Below are positions 58,766 to 64,000 of a stretch of 64,000 nucleotides of DNA, one piece after another (within the stretch, counting starts at the first letter, position 1; the number at the start of each line of letters is the position of its first letter). The DNA comes from Octopus vulgaris (Eukaryota): contig OX597834.1 of the NCBI GenBank assembly GCA_951406725.2, forward strand, positions 14,446,001 to 14,510,000, given 5' to 3'. A program made the translations under genes and the position numbers. Under the pieces are notes generated by a model. That model searched no databases and was not told the DNA's origin. It saw nothing but the letters and a program-made list of their open reading frames with translations.

Positions 58766-59967
58766 AGTGAGGGAGCAACATAGCCATGTGTTGAAAGAAA
58801 TTATTTTAGGTTTGACTAAATGTAACAAACAGAAAAGCTGAAGGAATTATTAGCCATTTTTCATACTTCCTAGGGTTAAGCGGATAGGAAATAACGGTTG
58901 TTCCCAAAGGACAAAAATCATGTTACGCTCCATTATGTATTTTTTCCGCGAATGTTCATATTTTTATTAAATAGACACTGTTTGTCTTGTTATAGCGTTT
59001 CTTTCTTCTCTGATACTAAGTGACAGAAACATACTTTGGATAACAATAGGGATTCGAATTTCAGATTAAATAACAATATTTGTATCATTCTACTATTTTT
59101 TTTTTTCCTTAAAGATATGACCTTAGCATGTTTTTAGTCTTTGTTGTAAATCATATTCAGTTCCAAGTTATAAATAATTCAGATATTATATAAAATATTA
59201 TAAATAGAAATGTAGTTTTGCAAATACGCATTCGAATAGAAATTTTTATATTTTTATTTGGTATAAACTTCAGAAATTTTTCTAAGAGTCATTTGTTTAA
59301 TTTAGCATAAATTTAAAATGGCAATGAATACTCTTGCCATTCAATTTAGATTTGTCGATTTCTCTCAAATCTCATTTAGATACTATGGTTTGGTTGGTTG
59401 GGGGTGGTTAATGTTAACAATTCGATTTTTGGAAGTTTTCCCATAATGGAAAATCTTATACGTTGAAAGATTGACAAACATAACAATTTGAAAAAAGTAA
59501 AGTGATTGTTGAAATACAAATTTATTTCGCCGACCATAACTGACAGCAATTTCTTGATTGACAAACAAAGGTCAATATCATGATATAAATTCCCATCAAA
59601 TCTCTTCGCTTTCTTTCCAGCTTTCCTTAGTGTTTAATGTATTTCGTTTCGTTATTCACTGGAGGTTAAACGGAACGACACACTTCTGCAATGTATATAT
59701 ATGCAATGAGTTGCCATAGAATTCCACATATCCGTATATGAGAATACAGATACATGCATGTATATGTATATGCATGTGTGCGTATGCATGTGTGTGTGTG
59801 TGTGTGAGCGTGTGTGTGTGTACGTCTGTGTGTGTGTGTATTCCCCATAGTGGTGTTCCAGTATGACCGGAGCCGCATGTCTAAAACGAATAAAGGAATA
59901 AAATAATATATACATGTATCGCATACACATACATATATATATACATATTTATATATACCCATATGTT

Positions 59968-60040
<73 letters not shown>

Positions 60041-60100
60041 TATATATATATATGTGCATACAACCATAAAAACATATATTCCTACCCATAGTTATGCGTG

Positions 60101-60142
<42 letters not shown>

Positions 60143-60676
60143 CGCATCTGTGTGTGTGTGTGTGCCTATGTCTGTCTGTGTGCTTGTGTGTGTCTGTGTG
60201 CCTCTGTGTGTGTGTGTGTGTGTGTGTGTACTTATTCATACGCACACATTTCATATATAATACACAGGTCATAAACCTGAATAAACTGATAGATATTAAG
60301 ATCATGTTTTATCAGCTAATTAATGATGTAGACGATAACGAAAGAAAACATTACAAAATACAAACAAAAGAAATTCCCTCCGACCATTTCCAAAAGTACA
60401 CATTTCAGTCTTCATTCCAGTTCCTATTTTGTAAGATAACTCTTTACTTCTAAACTGAGTGGTAAATTTAATGTGAATGATTCGTCCGGGCTAAAATCAC
60501 CAACTATCACTTTAGTTGCCTGTATCACCGTCCATATATCTCAAAGCGTTTTGTTAAGGGTATTTCTACAGATAATCTATAGAGATTATAACTAGCACTG
60601 ATTTTTGCTACGTTTCGAATCGAGATGTCAGATGTAAACACACTGTGTGATCGAGGAAAAAAAGTGGGTAACGAGA

Positions 60677-60750
60677 GTTGTTTGTTCCTTCTCGAGCCAC
60701 GCCTGGCTCATAGGGCCGGTTTCCCGGTTTCCTCGGCGTATAGGTTCCCC
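60677..60750 (-). mobile_element. Isolated SINE/LINE tail type 2
   Basis: Minus strand ggggaacctatacgccgaggaaaccgggaaaccggccctatgagccaggcgtggctcgagaaggaacaaacaac matches 4935-4992. Confidence 0.8.
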
Positions 60751-60765
60751 ATATATACATATATA

Positions 60766-60920
60766 TGATGAGATGCCGGAGCAGGCTTCAGCCCCGACAT
60801 CCGAAACTATGAGTTTTATTATGACAACTAAGTGATTGTCCTATATTATATTTATAGATAAGTTCCTCTTTTTATATTATATCGAGGTCTCATTCATTCT
60901 TTTTCTTTGATATTATTATT
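60766..60920 (+). mobile_element. Second copy of the hammerhead-like unit seen at 31163
   Basis: tgatgagatgccgg...ccgacatccgaaactatgagtt...atatcgaggtctcattcattcttt. Confidence 0.75.
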
Positions 60921-60921
60921 A

Positions 60922-60959
<38 letters not shown>

Positions 60960-60961
<2 letters not shown>

Positions 60962-61300
60962 TAGGTGAATGAATGATCCTAAGTGGATAATTCGGTTAAT
61001 CTATACCTGGGTAGCAAATTCACGTCAGAAAACACGGTTGAAGCAACATTCCAAGGGCAAAACCCCGTGTTCCTGTGTGGAAATTTGCGTGTTTTTTTTT
61101 GTCTTGTACCTTGCGGTCACAATGTAGGCAGTCATCAAACAGTTTTTGTTCATCGTGAGACTGATAGAGGCTCATTGTCTTTCCTGAAGAGAAGACGGTA
61201 TAATGCACACTTTATTCCTTCGGAATTAAGAATATGCAGTCTTCGAAACATGTGTCGAAAGTAAAGGAATTTTGTTAAAATCTTCGTTCGACTCCATTCT

Positions 61301-61305
<5 letters not shown>
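60960..61305 (+). mobile_element. ~345-bp non-coding unit in (TA)n carrying a hammerhead ribozyme (putative retrozyme or non-autonomous Penelope-like element)
   Basis: Bounded by (TA)n on both sides, no credible ORF, contains the hammerhead at 61179-61261. Confidence 0.6.
61179..61261 (+). ncRNA. Minimal type-I hammerhead ribozyme, apparently intact
   Basis: Stem I ctttc 61179-61183 / gaaag 61257-61261; core CTGAAGA 61184-61190; stem II gaagac 61191-61196 / gtcttc 61239-61244; GAAA 61245-61248; stem III AC-atgt-GT; GUC cleavage triplet 61254-61256. Confidence 0.8.
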
Positions 61306-61371
<66 letters not shown>

Positions 61372-61474
61372 TATATTGGGAGAGTTTACGAAGAATGGTT
61401 AGTTGAAGGAATCCAACTTTGGTGTTTTCTTTGAGAGCTTAATACTTATACTATAGGCCTCTTATATATGACAG

Positions 61475-61630
61475 GATTCGTTCGGTTTCCGTCTACCAAT
61501 TCCATTCACTAGGTTTTGGCTGACTCGCTACTATAGTAGAAGTCACATGTGCAAGGTGCCACTTCGTGAGACTGAACCCGGGGGACGTGTAGTTGGGGAA
61601 CGAATTTGTTGACCTGCACCCACATCTTCG
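61475..61630 (-). mobile_element. Old SINE A head
   Basis: gtttccgtctaccaattccattcac...ctatagtagaag...gactgaacccgg. Confidence 0.75.
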
Positions 61631-61649
61631 GCTCACACGCACACACACA

Positions 61650-61689
<40 letters not shown>

Positions 61690-64000
61690 GTGGGGGTGGA
61701 ATGGGATTCATAGAGAGTAAAAAATAAAAACATTTATAAAATGATAAATACCGAGAAACCTACACGTTACATTTTGACAATATGTGTATAAAAGATGTTT
61801 ACCGTAGGTGTTTCGTATGGAAGGCCACGAAAATATTGTATAAGAGTGCAAAATGCTAATTACATTTCCTGTAAATTACTTTTTGATTCCGTACACGATC
61901 GACTGTTTTTATTTTTATTTAATTTTTTTTATGATGCTATTTCGTTCACTTTATAATTTCTTTTCATTATTTAAATTAGCATTTATGGATAGAGGTCATT
62001 TGCATTGTTGAACATAAAACTAATCTAATACATAATTCATTTCTGAACTGGTCAGCGTTTGACCTGTTGTATTAAACTGTAACACCATCTGTAGTCGTAC
62101 GAAAAAATGATGTACGCTGTCAACTCCCGAGCAGAAAATCGCGCTTCCTAACGTTAGTTTTTATTTTAACAGTCCTACGACAGTTGCTAATCGATTGTGT
62201 ACCATATGGCTGCTGGTGTAAGAATACAATATATATTATGAATAGCACTAATGAATCGTATGTGATCGGATTTGACAATCTGTTGATATTGCACGCCCAC
62301 CGTTCTCTTGCGCTGGAAGAAATTAAACTGTTGTTAGAAAATTGCTAGGGGCCGCCGGAGAAAGAATAAATTACATAGGGCTCAAGAAAGAGAGACGTTG
62401 AGAGAGCAGGCAACAAGATCGTGCATTTGGGGACGACAGAAACATCTGGCTCAGAGTCACATCATCTGACTCAATAAAGCTCGCAGTGTAACGCCGTGGT
62501 TTTGTCTTGTACCTTGTTAGGTGGCATTGGGTAGCTGTGGTGACGCAGTGGGAGAGATCGAAACACGAACCACCAACAGATTTGCTACACCGTTTCATGA
62601 GGCATTGATTCTGGCATTCGGAGACAGAGTACAACATCACCTCTTCAGTGCGGAAACGTTTGCCCTAAATGTATCTCATTCAGTCAGATTGCAATTATTA
62701 CTTGATAATAATTACTCTGCACTTAATATTCACGATGTACGTTCAGACTATTTCGAATCGATGAGGTTATTAATATTATAGCTGAGTGTCTGTGAAAACA
62801 TTATTTATCCTTGTTCAATATTTAGAAAAAAAGGTAGCATTGATGTGAAACAGTTCTCGATTATCTTTCGGTGATTTTACAGCAACAGCTCAATGCAGCA
62901 AGAAATCGTATCTCGTTGAAGATCAGATCATTTGATTTTATATCATTTTATTTCATTTTATGTTTTCATACGCTATAAACATAATTTGTGCTTCACATGT
63001 ATAACACACAGTACGTTGATGTAAGCTGTTGTTAGCTTATAGCGGTTGTGTCTTCTGATAAGATTGAGTACCTGCGAAGGAACCGCATATTTTGCGATAT
63101 ATCTCCCAGAGTGATTTGTTTGCACACCATATAGATATGTTTGTACCACAATTGTGTTATCTCTCAACAACTTTATGTATGCATATGCTCAGGTGTAGTG
63201 AAGATCTATGTATCTTGTACCGTATTTTCTTTATTTGAATGAATCATATTTGTATAGTTAAGCATGATGTTTAGTTATAGTTAATGTTCTCTGCAGTTAC
63301 TGATAAGAAAGCCAATAAATGGGGCAGGCGCTGCTTTAAGGCTTGCTCAATCTGTAAAATATGGAAACAAACAGTTCTCAAATGTCTCATCAATGTTTAA
63401 AAAAGCGACTAAACATTGCTGATAACGAGCAATTTCTCTTAGAATGTTAGCAAAATGTGTTGCGGGTAAAACACCTTCGCTCGCTTCCCTTATCTGGAGG
63501 AAAATAAACTAAATATTTTCCTTTAGGCAAAATAAAAATTTATCATTTTGCAGCAAACGTCATAACTATAAAAAAACCAAAAGATTTTCATTATCACAAA
63601 CGATATGAGAAATTCGTAAATCCAGTAATACGTGGTAACCGGATTAGATTTTCTTAACTTGATACAGCCAAACATGGATGATCAGTAGATGAAAAGAGAG
63701 CGCATGTAAAGAAACAAGGTTTAAATTGTAACTTGTAAGCAAACTATTTATCAGCAGAGCCCACAAAAAAGTGTGTAGTAAGGCAATTTGTTGATAAAGA
63801 ATGAAAACTGAAGAAAGAGTTTATCAAAAATACTTTACCCAAAGCAGATCTTCAAATGCAGAAGAAACGTTATAAACCAAATCACGAATGGCGAAATTAC
63901 GGCTTCAATAAGCGTAGGTAATCGATTTACCGAACGAGTAATCAAACCATCGAATAATTGATTGTTTCAATGTTAATGAAGAGAGGAATAATCATAAAAG

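Noticed and set aside
62173-62222. Possible micro-exon (ttttaacag ... gtaag)
   Set aside because: Such splice-like pairs occur by chance in 64 kb; no homology or neighbouring exons; RNA-seq would be needed
62281-62570. Possible solo LTR with AATAAA and a PBS-like tggtgacgcagtggg
   Set aside because: No terminal TG...CA with TSD could be defined, and the PBS-like stretch also resembles a decayed SINE A head
63040-63240. Minus-strand peptides weakly resembling a Tc1-like transposase C-terminus
   Set aside because: Similarity too weak to support by eye

Overview
AT-rich, repeat-saturated eukaryotic DNA, intergenic or intronic. It is most consistent with an octopus (Octopodidae) genome, inferred from the tRNA-derived SINE families and the extreme (TA)n/(TAA)n/(GATA)n load. 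I recognise no host gene or intact ORF; nearly all ORF-track entries are translated microsatellites or SINEs. The window holds more than 30 copies or fragments of four tRNA-headed SINE families (called A-D here), 5'-truncated LINE ends (CR1/L2-like and R4/Dong-like), Tc1/mariner transposase relics, fold-back elements and a 51-bp minisatellite. Two systems stand out. (1) A dispersed set of short non-coding units, mostly bordered by (TA)n, carries minimal type-I hammerhead ribozyme folds (Penelope/retrozyme-like). One looks fully intact (61179-61261), one has a compensatory G3-C8 core, and three sit inside inverted fold-back insertions. (2) The SINEs form a modular network in which heads and 3' tails are exchanged; the apparent LINE donors of two SINE tails lie in this same window, one with compensatory stem changes. 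All calls were read by eye, with no database search or folding run.
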